Source: Gemmatimonadaceae bacterium (lineage in GTDB: Bacteria; Gemmatimonadota; Gemmatimonadetes; Gemmatimonadales; Gemmatimonadaceae). Taken from it: a DNA stretch of 55,458 bases. The position numbers were made by a program, and so were the translations under genes. This document shows positions 19,303-29,130 of the stretch, in pieces (the stretch's first letter is position 1; every line of letters starts with the position of its first letter). A model generated the notes under the pieces. The model was not told the DNA's origin, did no database searches, and saw only the letters and a list, made by a program, of their open reading frames with translations. The stretch is from the NCBI GenBank assembly GCA_031419135.1, contig JANOKE010000093.1:1-55458 (forward strand). Reading direction: 5' to 3'.

Positions 19303-20826
19303 CTACGCTCTCACGATTTTCTTGAACCCCGACCAGTACTTGTTCTCCGCCTCAGGCGACGAATACGACTTCGATCGCTCAATGGCCGACTTCACCTGCG
19401 CCTCGCTGGAGTCGAACCCGTAGGCACACTCGGTGAGATACGACGCTCCCCAGGGTTTGAGATGACCGTCGATGTACGCCACGCCCTTGTCGAATTGCTC
19501 CTGACCGATGGGGACGATGCCGGATGCTTTGTCGTTGAACATCTGGAGCCAGACCATCTTGTCGCCACAGATGCCGCTGTTGATGGTCAGAATCGGAATG
19601 GCTGGAATGAACAACGACGCCTGCCGATACCAACTATTGAATGCGAAGGGCTTGGACGCGAAATCCAGTCCTTTGTTCTGGCGCCAATGTGACGCCGCTT
19701 CGCCGCAAAAGGCCTTGATCTTCGAGCACTCGACCAAACGCCAGATCACCTTCACCAACATTTCCACCCCGGCGATGACCATGTCTACGATGGCCGAGAT
19801 GCCAGCCACTGCAGTCAAGCCAATGCTGGTGGCGCCTTTCAGCATCGTCCACATGCCTTCAAACAGACTCGCCTTCATCGCCAGCGTAATCGCGGATACC
19901 ACCGCCGCCGGGTGACCTTCGCTGAGCACAACCGTCTTGCCGGCCTTCCAGGACTTGAAGTTCGTCATGCCGCGATCGATCACCTGGGTGAGTCCGCTAA
20001 CGATGTTGATCGCCCCACCAACGATCGGCGCCGCCTGTGCGGCGAGAGCGCCCACCAACACGCTGATCAAATTGTGCACTGATCCAATGGCGATATCGAC
20101 GATGCCGAACTTGTCCATCAGCTCGGTCTTGAGATTATTGACGAATTGATGGAACCACTCGCTGAGCGCCTTCTTGATGTCGGCAAACCGTTTGGCAATT
20201 TCGCCCTGCGGCTGCGGTCTGTTGGCCGGTCCGAACACCACGGGTTGGGGTGCCCGTCGGGTGTCCAGCGCAATTTTCGCCACATCGTCCAACATGACAC
20301 GCGACGTTCCAATGTTAGTGCTGGCGATACTGGCTGCGGCATTGCCCAACCCGCCGCCGTCCCCGATGTCGGCGCCGGCAAAGTTGAGCCCGCCCCCGAG
20401 GATATTCATGCCACCTTCCAGAATGATGGCCGCCACACTCGTTTCCACTTCCATGTGGCCGAACAGGTACACGATGCCCTGACGCGCGTTGACATGGTTT
20501 TCGTGCATGAAGTTCGGCGTGTTGCCGAGCGCGGCGTCGGAGTCACCACTGGCACTCAGAATTGCATCCAGTCGTTGGAACGGCATGAACCGATTCTTGT
20601 TGCGATGCGAGTCTTGCCAACGCTCGCCCGTGGCCGCGTACTTGGCCTTCCAGGCCGCGAATGCATCCTCGACTGCCGCCAGATTCCCGAGCTTCTCGAA
20701 CTCCTTGAGCGCCTTGTCAAGTTTGTCGAGTTCGCCGCTTCGACCGGCCATCGACCCCGTTTGACTCCGCCAGACTTTCGCCAAGGAGATCAGGTCGCTG
20801 CGGCGTGTGGCATGACTACCATCCAT
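19303..20826 (-). CDS. Hypothetical 507-aa protein, candidate membrane-targeting toxin/effector
   Basis: Long ORF. The track start lies inside the tRNA, so ATG 20826 after GGGAG was chosen. Helical N-terminus ending DSHRNK and internal hydrophobic Gly/Ala-rich helices. Confidence 0.75.
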   Translation of the reverse strand: MDGSHATRRSDLISLAKVWRSQTGSMAGRSGELDKLDKALKEFEKLGNLAAVEDAFAAWKAKYAATGERWQDSHRNKNRFMPFQRLDAILSASGDSDAALGNTPNFMHENHVNARQGIVYLFGHMEVETSVAAIILEGGMNILGGGLNFAGADIGDGGGLGNAAASIASTNIGTSRVMLDDVAKIALDTRRAPQPVVFGPANRPQPQGEIAKRFADIKKALSEWFHQFVNNLKTELMDKFGIVDIAIGSVHNLISVLVGALAAQAAPIVGGAINIVSGLTQVIDRGMTNFKSWKAGKTVVLSEGHPAAVVSAITLAMKASLFEGMWTMLKGATSIGLTAVAGISAIVDMVIAGVEMLVKVIWRLVECSKIKAFCGEAASHWRQNKGLDFASKPFAFNSWYRQASLFIPAIPILTINSGICGDKMVWLQMFNDKASGIVPIGQEQFDKGVAYIDGHLKPWGASYLTECAYGFDSSEAQVKSAIERSKSYSSPEAENKYWSGFKKIVRA

Positions 20827-20881
20827 GTGACTGCTCCCATGTGGCTGTGATTTGCGCCCGTGGTGGGACTCGCAACGCCAC

Positions 20882-20910
20882 ATCTTCCTGCGCCGGCGAA
20901 TGGTTGTCAA
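20882..20910 (-). promoter_or_regulatory. Possible sigma70 promoter for the islet gene
   Basis: TTGACA (20910-20905), 17-nt spacer, GAAGAT (weak -10), just 3' of the tRNA. Confidence 0.35.
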
Positions 20911-20914
20911 GCAA

Positions 20915-20998
20915 TACCCGGAGTGGGTCTCGAACCCACACGGCCTTGCGGCCAAGGGATTTTAAGTCCCTCGCGTCTACCAGTTTCGCCATCCGGGT
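20915..20998 (-). tRNA. tRNA-Leu (anticodon TAA), CCA not encoded
   Basis: Acceptor stem ACCCGGA/TCCGGGT plus discriminator A; D-loop AAACTGGTAGA; anticodon loop CTTAAAA; long variable arm GGCCGCAAGGCC; T-loop GTTCGAGAC. Confidence 0.96.
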
Positions 20999-21020
20999 GC
21001 TGGCAAATCGTCCGCGCGCC

Positions 21021-22804
21021 TCATCCCCTGAGGCCGTGGGCGTGTGCAGTGTACCATACCGTATAGGCCAACAAGCCGGCGAGTGCGGCGTCGCCGCCAT
21101 TGTCAATGGCGCGTCCCTCGGTGTCCACCGACTCGGCGGCAATCCCGTTGTCGAGCGGCGAACGTCGCAGCCACGCCAGCACATCGCTGCCATCAGGGCC
21201 CAGCAATCGCGCCAACTGCGGCGCGAGCGCCGTGGTCTGTCCAGTCACCGCCCGCGCCGACCGGCGATACAGCGAGTCTTCGCGATCAAGCGCCTCGTAC
21301 AGCGGCAACCACATCAGCGAACCTACCGGATCGTCTTCGAGTGCCGCACCGCCAGCGAGGTCAATGGAGGTGGCCAATCGCGCTTTGCCACCTCGGTCTA
21401 CCGCAAAATGCCGAAGCAACGCGGCGCGCACGGCGGCGGGATCCTGTAATCCCGACGCCGCGTCTTCATCGAGCGTCCGTCTCAAAACGTCCAAGGCCAG
21501 CGCCACCGTGGCGTTGCCGTGCAGTGTGAACGGATGCGGCGCGGGAACGCCAGACGGCAGCACTTCGGTTGAGTACAGTGGCACCTGCGCATCACGCCGA
21601 CCGGAGATATCATCGGCGGCCAGATACAGCGTATCGGCGACCACCGGTTCTTCAACAATCTGATCGTCGTTACTGTCGCGGATATAGCGGTCGGTGGCGA
21701 TGGCGAACGCCGCCGGACCTTCGATGGCGAATCCGGGCTGGAACAGCGTGCCGTCGAAATAGTGCACGCCCTGTCCCGGCGCGTAGCCGTGCAGCTCGCA
21801 GATGCGCACAAGGAGTTCGCGAGCGAGTCCAGTGTCGGCGAGTTGCACGGCAGGCAACGTCCACAGCAAGGCTTCAAAGTCGCGCACGGTAACGCCTGCG
21901 GATGCCACGGCGCGCGGGATCGCACCAGGTAGTAGTGGGCGTCATCCAGCGCCCGCCCTACGCCGTAGAAATACGCGAACAGCAGATTGCGATTGATCAG
22001 CCGATCGATGCCATCGTTGCCCGTCGTTTGCTCCATGCTGGACAGGGCTTCCCGGGTGGCGGTTAGCAGCGCGCGCCATCCACGTCGGCGCATGACCTCC
22101 ACGGTTGCCTGTGCACCATCACGCTCCGGACCCACGGTGATGTAGAAGGCGCACTGCATGGTTGCACCGGGAGCCACCACCAGATCGCGCCGAATGGCGA
22201 AGGCACACGCATTGCGCGTGGCGCGATCCGGCGCTTCAAGTCTCGCGGGGCCGTCGGCGCCGATGGCCAGTGCGGCCAGCCCCGGAATCGCCGTGCCCTC
22301 CAGCAACAACACATCATCGGCGCCGATGCTGACCCGATGTTCATCATCAAACGGTCTGGCTGAGCGAACGCGCTGCTGGCGGTGGCCTAGCGATCCCTCC
22401 AGCGCGATTTCGACGATCGCTTCCGTCGGGCCGCGATTCTCGACGCCCAATGTGTACACGGCACCCGCCATGTCGGCATCGCGTCCATAGGGGGCAAATA
22501 CGGTTCCGCGCAGCAGCAGCGTGCCCACGGTGCAGGTGAACGTGGGCAGCCAACCGACGGCGCGCTCCCAGGCAATGCCTTCCGCTGCGAGGGCACGCAC
22601 CTCGCCATTCACGCGCAGCACCGGGCCAAAGAGGGGCGTGCCCGCGCCAGACTCGAAATGTTCGGCACCGGCGAACTCTATGGCGGCGCGTGCGCCACGG
22701 TGCAGCACACCAATGGCATGAACGGCCCCATCGGCGGGATTGATACAGGGAAGCGACAGCCAGTGATTGCCTGTCAGCTGCCACGGAACGGAAGGTATCT
22801 GCAC
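21021..22804 (-). pseudogene. Six-hairpin glycosidase-like protein (GH125-like), split by a 1-nt frameshift near 21900
   Basis: ORF 21482..22804 reads as protein-like up to LVRSRAPWH, and ORF 21021..21908 continues AGVTVRDFEALLW. Adding one base gives a single 594-aa ORF. Family call is from recalled motif similarity. Confidence 0.65.
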
Positions 22805-22879
22805 GTTGAGTCGAACGAAGTGGATTGCGCGAGGGTATAATCTACCTTCGCTTCAGGGTTTCCAACTCTCGCCCAACGC

Positions 22880-24583
22880 ATGATTCGGTCGTCGATCGCT
22901 CCTGTCTCCCCGTTCACGTTGCAATCGCCCGGCCGTCAAAATCCCTCGGTCATCCGCGGCATCACGCTGGCATGCTTCGCACTCCAGATCGGAGCGGCCG
23001 CACTTTTGAGGGCCCAGGCCGTTACCGGTGCGGGCGCCGACGCGACGCAACTGCCGAAGGGTGCCATGAGAATTCGTGTGGCCGGACTTTGGGAGGGCTA
23101 CAACGAGCTGTTTACCAGCGCCGGTGCCCGTCCAATGTTTGGGGGACTGTCTGCCGACGCGCTTGGAGTTCGACAGGTCCCGCACCTGAGCGCGGCCGAA
23201 CAGGCCATTCGTGCACTGAGCAGCAACACCGCGTTTGCCCTCTCGCTGGGGCCACTGGAGGCCAGCGGCGACGCCCGGCAGAGTATCACGCCAATGTCGT
23301 TTGAACTGGGCCTTACACGCAAGCTGTCAATCGGACTTGTAGTACCCTATGTGGAATCGCGGGACAATGCGTTGCTGGTGCTCAACCGAACCGGCTCCGG
23401 TGCCACGGTGGGCCAGAACCCCGCGTTTTCGGCCACGGCGGGAGTTTCCGCGCGCAGCACCAACGGAACGCTGCTTCGGCAGATGTCGCAGTCGCGAACC
23501 GCACTGGCGGCCGAAATCACGCGGTGTACCACCACCGCAGCAACCGCCTGTGACGCCATTCGGGCCAATTCGGTCGCGGCGCAACAACTGTTGCAACAGT
23601 CGCTCGCAACGCAAACGGCGCTTGCCACCGTGTATGGGGACAGCCTGCGTGGTGGTTCTCCACTCGTGCCAATCAGTAACTCCGCCACACAGACGGCCAT
23701 CAACTCCGGCATTGGCGCACTGCGCACGGCGTTCGCCGGATTCGGCGTGACGATCCTCACCGAGGGCATGGTGCCAGCGTCCGCCGTAACGGTGAACGGA
23801 CCCGGAGCGATTTCGCGTATTGCCAACGACAGTGCGTACGGGCTTGACTATCACACGCTCGGGGGCACCCGTCGGGCCGGTATCGGCGACATTGATGCCA
23901 CGGCGTCGTATCTCTGGCTGAACACCCTTGGCGCGCGTCCCGTACAATGGCTCGCTGCCCGCGGGTTCGGTGTTCGCAGCCAGGTGACTGCGGGATGGCG
24001 ATTTGGGACGGCCGGTGCCGATCGCACCGAGGCCGCCTTCGACGTGCCAATCGGCGACGGCGCCAATGCGTTGCTGGCCCGCAGTACGTCGGACATCGTA
24101 TTCAATCGATACATCTGGATGAGCGGCACCGCGCGGGTCGTGCAACCCCTGAGCGATCAGGTGGTGATCCGACGTCCCCTGCTGGTGGACTCACTGTTCT
24201 TTGTTCCGTCAACCGTTGCCAGCGCGCGTCGTTCGCTGGGCCGTCGGTTGGAATTGGAGCTCGCGCCGCGCCTGATACTGGGGCAGTTTTTCGGACTGTC
24301 CAGCGGCTATCTGTATCGGCGGGCCGACGCCGATCGATACGCGTTTGGCGCGACCGATTCTCTGAGCGCGGCTACGCAGTTGGTGGGATCGCGTTCGTAT
24401 CAAGCCTTCATGTTCGGTGCGACGTTTTCGACCATGTCGAGTTACGTACGCGGACGTTCGAAATGGCCGGTGGAAGTGCTGTACGTGCACGTCACCCCCG
24501 TCACGGGGAACGGCGAAGCGGCGCCCGTGATCTCGAGCGATCGCCTCGAACTGCGCATCTATACCGGTTTTCCGCGACGCTGA
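22880..24583 (+). CDS. Hypothetical exported / outer-membrane protein
   Basis: Signal-peptide-like N-terminus (…AAALLRAQA); amphipathic beta-strand-like segments with aromatic residues; helical insert carrying a Cys pair. Confidence 0.7.
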   Translation: MIRSSIAPVSPFTLQSPGRQNPSVIRGITLACFALQIGAAALLRAQAVTGAGADATQLPKGAMRIRVAGLWEGYNELFTSAGARPMFGGLSADALGVRQVPHLSAAEQAIRALSSNTAFALSLGPLEASGDARQSITPMSFELGLTRKLSIGLVVPYVESRDNALLVLNRTGSGATVGQNPAFSATAGVSARSTNGTLLRQMSQSRTALAAEITRCTTTAATACDAIRANSVAAQQLLQQSLATQTALATVYGDSLRGGSPLVPISNSATQTAINSGIGALRTAFAGFGVTILTEGMVPASAVTVNGPGAISRIANDSAYGLDYHTLGGTRRAGIGDIDATASYLWLNTLGARPVQWLAARGFGVRSQVTAGWRFGTAGADRTEAAFDVPIGDGANALLARSTSDIVFNRYIWMSGTARVVQPLSDQVVIRRPLLVDSLFFVPSTVASARRSLGRRLELELAPRLILGQFFGLSSGYLYRRADADRYAFGATDSLSAATQLVGSRSYQAFMFGATFSTMSSYVRGRSKWPVEVLYVHVTPVTGNGEAAPVISSDRLELRIYTGFPRR

Positions 24584-26292
24584 GCCGCAGTGCGTTGTGG
24601 TGATGTCACCGACGACTGCGTGTCCTCTGCATTCCCCCGCACCAGCAACTCGCGGGCGTGCGCACGACTCACTTCCCGATCGGCATCGCCGCCCAGCATC
24701 CGCGCGATTTCCAACACGCGTGACTCGTTGCTGACCACCATGGTGTCGGCCGTCGTGACAGTTCCTACCGCGCCTTTGCACACAACCACGTGATGGTGCG
24801 CACGCGCGGCGATCTGCGCCAAGTGCGAGATGGCGAGCACCTGGTGATGTCCGGCGACACGCCGCATCAACGCGCCAACCTGCCACGCGACCGCTCCGCC
24901 AATACCGGCATCGACCTCGTCGAACACCAGTGTGGGAACCTGTTGCAGACGCGCCAGAACGGTACTCAGCGCGAGCATCAATCGCGACAGTTCGCCACCC
25001 GACGCGATGCGACCTAACGGACGCAACTCGCTGCCGGCGTTGAGGACGGCGAGAAACGTGACCGACTCCGCACCGCCCTCGCCAATCGCGTCCAGCGCCG
25101 CGAGCGCAACCTCAAAACGCCCGTCGGGCATTCCCAGCTCAGGAAGCAACGCGGCCACGGCGTTGGCCAGTTGCGACGCACCGGCGGAACGCCGCCGCGT
25201 GAGCTCGGCCGCCGCCTCACTGAGCGCACTGTCGGCCTCCGCCCGTGCGGCGGCGATCGCGCGAAAATCGAGCGCACCGCCGTCAACCAGATCGACTTCT
25301 TCGCGGGCACGCTGCCAGGTGGCCAACACGTCGGCGAGCGTTGGACCATACTTTCGCATCAGTCCGTGGACGGTGTTTCGTCGGGTGTCAAGCTTGTGCA
25401 GTCGCTCCGGATCGGCGTCGATCCCTTCAGCATACGTTTCGAATTCCCGCGCAAGTTCATCAAGCGCGTAGACGGCGCCATCGAACCCTACTTGCCACCG
25501 CGCCGTGTCGGGGTCGATACGGGAGAGCGCGGTAAGGGCCCGTCTCACGCTGCCCAGTTGTCCGAGCGCTGCGTGCTCATCGCCGTTGATCGCATTCGCA
25601 GCCTGCGCGGCGAGCGTTCGCAATTCCCCGGCGTGACTCAAACGCCGAATGTCCGACTCGAGTGCGTCTTGTTCGCCAACCACGGGGCCTGCTTCGTCAA
25701 TCTCGTGCACCACGAATCGCAGATAGTCGACGCGACGTTCGGCGTCCTGACGTCGCGCCTGCAGTTCCCGTTCGCGCGCCGCGAGCGAGTTCCGACTGGC
25801 ATGCGCCTGCGCCACGCGACGCGTTTCGAGATCGGCACCGATGAACGCGTCAAGAATATCGCGTTGGTGTTCGGGTTCCAGCAGCTGACGCGAGTCGTGC
25901 TGTCCGTGAACACTTACCAGCAGCGCGCCAATCTCGGCGAGCACCGACGCCGTGACCGCCGTGCCATTGATCCAGGCGCGCGAACGTCCGTTCGCGCCGA
26001 TTTCGCGTTTCAGCACCAGCAGTTCGTCGTCGGACTCGATGCCTCGCGCGTCGAGCACGTTACGCACGGGGTCACCGGCTCTGAGCTCGAACACCCCCTC
26101 GACGAGGGCCTTGTCGGTTCCTGAGCGAACGCGATCGGCCGCCGCCCGTTCGCCCAACAGCATGCCCAGCGCACCCACGATCAGGGACTTTCCCGCACCC
26201 GTTTCGCCCGTGAGTACGTTGAGGCCTTCGGACAGCGGCAGCGTGACCGTATCGATGACGGCCACGTTGCGCAGGCGCAGCTCGATGAGCAT
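24559..26292 (-). CDS. recN: DNA repair protein RecN
   Basis: LTGETGAGKS, HGQH, ASGGELSR, FDEVDAGIGG and SHLAQIAA. Confidence 0.96.
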   Translation of the reverse strand: MLIELRLRNVAVIDTVTLPLSEGLNVLTGETGAGKSLIVGALGMLLGERAAADRVRSGTDKALVEGVFELRAGDPVRNVLDARGIESDDELLVLKREIGANGRSRAWINGTAVTASVLAEIGALLVSVHGQHDSRQLLEPEHQRDILDAFIGADLETRRVAQAHASRNSLAARERELQARRQDAERRVDYLRFVVHEIDEAGPVVGEQDALESDIRRLSHAGELRTLAAQAANAINGDEHAALGQLGSVRRALTALSRIDPDTARWQVGFDGAVYALDELAREFETYAEGIDADPERLHKLDTRRNTVHGLMRKYGPTLADVLATWQRAREEVDLVDGGALDFRAIAAARAEADSALSEAAAELTRRRSAGASQLANAVAALLPELGMPDGRFEVALAALDAIGEGGAESVTFLAVLNAGSELRPLGRIASGGELSRLMLALSTVLARLQQVPTLVFDEVDAGIGGAVAWQVGALMRRVAGHHQVLAISHLAQIAARAHHHVVVCKGAVGTVTTADTMVVSNESRVLEIARMLGGDADREVSRAHARELLVRGNAEDTQSSVTSPQRTAAQRRGKPV

Positions 26293-26316
26293 TCGTGAGA
26301 CGACCGGGATGACGGA

Positions 26317-27186
26317 TCAGACGGTTTCGCCGTCGCGTTCACTCAGACCGCCCCAGCCGAACTTTCGGCGCATGCGGCTGAAAAACGTCGTGCCCGGAAA
26401 GCGCACGATGTGCACCGGGTTGGGTGCACGACGGACCACCAGAGTTTCTCCACTCGTGAACGTAGTGCCGACCTGTCCATCAATGGTTACCAAGAGTTCA
26501 TCCGGCCCATCTTCCGCGCGCACCTTGACCTCCACCTGCGGCGGCAGCACGAGCGGACGCATGGCCAGGGTATGCGGCGAAACCGGTGTCAGCACGATAC
26601 TCTCGACGGTGGGCACGACAATGGGACCGCCGGCCGAGAGCGAATAACCGGTGGATCCGGTGGGCGACGACAACACCAGCCCGTCGGCCGAGTACGTACC
26701 AATCAACTCGTCGTCTACGAACACCGACAACTTGACCACGCGCGCGAATCCGCCCTTATGCAACACGACGTCGTTCAACGCCAGCCACTCACAGCGCTGG
26801 TGTCCGTCGCGATCAAGGGCGCACGACGCCAGCGCCATCCGCGCTTCGGAGGCGAAGTCTCCTGCGGCGAAACGACGCACACCCAACTCGAACTCATCAC
26901 CGCTGCAACTGGTGAGGAATCCCAATCGGCCAAGATTGATGCCGAGAATCGGCACCGAGTATCCGTTCAGGAATCGCGCGCCGCGCAGCAACGTGCCGTC
27001 ACCGCCCAACGTAAACAACGCGTCGATCTGATGCGGATCCACCAGACGGTCGCCCTCTTCCGCGATTTCCCAGAGTTCCGGCTCGAACGCCAGCGTGAGT
27101 CCAAGCGCCGGGGAAATGTCCAGCAGGGTACTCAGGATGTCGGGCAGCCCGACGTATCCGCGATGACCGATGATCCCGACCCGCAT
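26317..27186 (-). CDS. nadK: NAD+ kinase
   Basis: GGDGTLL, NLGRLGFL, ALND and PTGSTGYSLSAGGP; ATG 27186 overlaps the dxs stop. Confidence 0.95.
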   Translation of the reverse strand: MRVGIIGHRGYVGLPDILSTLLDISPALGLTLAFEPELWEIAEEGDRLVDPHQIDALFTLGGDGTLLRGARFLNGYSVPILGINLGRLGFLTSCSGDEFELGVRRFAAGDFASEARMALASCALDRDGHQRCEWLALNDVVLHKGGFARVVKLSVFVDDELIGTYSADGLVLSSPTGSTGYSLSAGGPIVVPTVESIVLTPVSPHTLAMRPLVLPPQVEVKVRAEDGPDELLVTIDGQVGTTFTSGETLVVRRAPNPVHIVRFPGTTFFSRMRRKFGWGGLSERDGETV

Positions 27187-29078
27187 CAGCCGGTCAACGC
27201 GTCGGAGGTGTGCAGCGCGCGTACCCGGTTGGCAATGCCGGGCGCATCGAGATCGAGCGACGCCAGTTGTCTGGCGCGCGACGCCGAATAGATGATGCGA
27301 TCGGGAACGCCGTGCGTTCGTACGCGAATCGCGGGATCGAATTGCTGAATGATCGCGCACATGTAGGCGCCGAATCCGTTCACCACGGTGCCCTCTTCCA
27401 CCGTGAGCACGTGCGTATGCTCGGCGAGCACGGCGTTCAGCGTCACGCTGTCATACGGCTTGAGGTACCGACAATTGACCACGGTCACGTGCAGCCCGTC
27501 GGCGGCGAGTGCGTCGGCGGCCTGCAATGACGTCTCGACCATGGTCCCGACCGCGAGGATCGCGATGTCGTGTCCCTGTCTGACCACGTCCCACGTGCCG
27601 TACGGTGTCGCGGCGATCTGCGACATCGGGGGCGGAGTATCCGGTGACGCGTCACGCGGATAGCGCAGGCAGAACGGTCCGCTGGTGTGCTCCACTGCGG
27701 CGCGCAACAGTCCCAGCATCTCTTCGCCGTTGCGCGGCGCTGTTACCGTCATGCCTGGAACCGCCAGCATATAGGGAATGTCGTACATCCCCATGTGCGT
27801 CTCGCCGTCTTCCCCCACCAGTCCGGCCCGATCCATGGCGAAGATGACCGGTAGGTGCTGGATCGCCGCATCATGGATGATGTTGTCGTAGGCACGCTGC
27901 AGGAACGTGGAGTAAATGGTGACGATAGGTCGCAATCCTTGCGTGGCAAGTCCGGCCGCGAAGGTCACGCCATGACCCTCCGCGATCCCCACGTCGAAGA
28001 AACGCGCTGGGAACGCCTTGGCGAACGCCCCGGTGCCGGTGCCACCCGGCATTGCTGCGGTAATCACGACCACGTCCTGGCGTTCGGCGCCCAGCTCCAG
28101 CAGTCCCTTTCCGTACACGGCCGTCCAGGCCTGATTCGCGGTGCTGGCCTTAAGTTGTTTGCCCGTGGCCGGATCGTGTCCGGGCGGAAGTGCGTGCCAC
28201 TTCTCCCCGTGGTCGCCGGCAGGAAATCCGCGGCCTTTCTGCGTGATCACGTGCACCAGTCTTGGCGTACTCATGCCGCGCACGGCCGCGAATGTCTCGA
28301 TCAACGCATCGATATCGTGCCCGTCGATCGGGCCGAAGTACCGTAAGCCCAGCTCTTCGAACAGCACGCCCGGTGTGAGGAATGACTTTACGCTTTCCTC
28401 CCACTTTCGCACCAGCGTGCTCATGCCACTGAAGGGCGCCGGTGCGTTGTCCACCAGATCGCCAATGCGCGAGCGCACGCGATTGTACAGCGGGTTGCGC
28501 TGAATGCTGGTGAGGTACTTGTGCATCGCTCCTACGTTGGGCGCGATGGACATCTCGTTGTCGTTCAGCACGACGATGATATCGCGATCGGAATGGCCGG
28601 CATTGTTGAGCCCTTCGTACGCCAACCCCGACCCCATGGACCCGTCGCCAATAATGGCCGCCACCTTGAAACGCTCCGCCTTCACATCGCGTCCGGCAGC
28701 GATGCCTAACGCCGCCGAAATGGCCGTCGCGGCGTGTCCCGCGCCGAACGTGTCATACACGCTTTCGGAGCGCTTCAGGAAACCAGACAGTCCGTCTTCC
28801 TGGCGCAACGTCTCCATGCGGGCATTGCGACCGGTGAGCAATTTGTGCGGGTAGCCCTGATGACCGACGTCCCACACCAACTGGTCGCGTGGTGTGTCAA
28901 ACACGGTGTGCAGGGCAATCGTGAGCTCGACCACGCCCAGGCCCGCCCCGATGTGACCACCGGTTCGTGAGCACACGTCGATGAGACGCGCACGCAGGTC
29001 CAGCGCGAGCGTGCGCAGGTCGTCGCGCGAAAGCGTTTTGAGATCAGCCGGGGACTGTATGCCCTCGAGAATCGACAT
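27186..29078 (-). CDS. dxs: 1-deoxy-D-xylulose-5-phosphate synthase
   Basis: WDVGHQ.YPHK, GDG..G..YEGLNN, DVGIAE, YSTFLQRAYD and DRAG. Confidence 0.97.
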   Translation of the reverse strand: MSILEGIQSPADLKTLSRDDLRTLALDLRARLIDVCSRTGGHIGAGLGVVELTIALHTVFDTPRDQLVWDVGHQGYPHKLLTGRNARMETLRQEDGLSGFLKRSESVYDTFGAGHAATAISAALGIAAGRDVKAERFKVAAIIGDGSMGSGLAYEGLNNAGHSDRDIIVVLNDNEMSIAPNVGAMHKYLTSIQRNPLYNRVRSRIGDLVDNAPAPFSGMSTLVRKWEESVKSFLTPGVLFEELGLRYFGPIDGHDIDALIETFAAVRGMSTPRLVHVITQKGRGFPAGDHGEKWHALPPGHDPATGKQLKASTANQAWTAVYGKGLLELGAERQDVVVITAAMPGGTGTGAFAKAFPARFFDVGIAEGHGVTFAAGLATQGLRPIVTIYSTFLQRAYDNIIHDAAIQHLPVIFAMDRAGLVGEDGETHMGMYDIPYMLAVPGMTVTAPRNGEEMLGLLRAAVEHTSGPFCLRYPRDASPDTPPPMSQIAATPYGTWDVVRQGHDIAILAVGTMVETSLQAADALAADGLHVTVVNCRYLKPYDSVTLNAVLAEHTHVLTVEEGTVVNGFGAYMCAIIQQFDPAIRVRTHGVPDRIIYSASRARQLASLDLDAPGIANRVRALHTSDALTG

Positions 29079-29130
29079 GGCAGAATCTTGAATGACGGCG
29101 CGGTGATGACCGCGCCAAAGTACGGCGTTC

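Noticed and set aside
20827-20955. ORF-track N-terminal extension of the 550-aa ORF
   Set aside because: It overlaps tRNA-Leu; ATG 20826 has a suitable RBS
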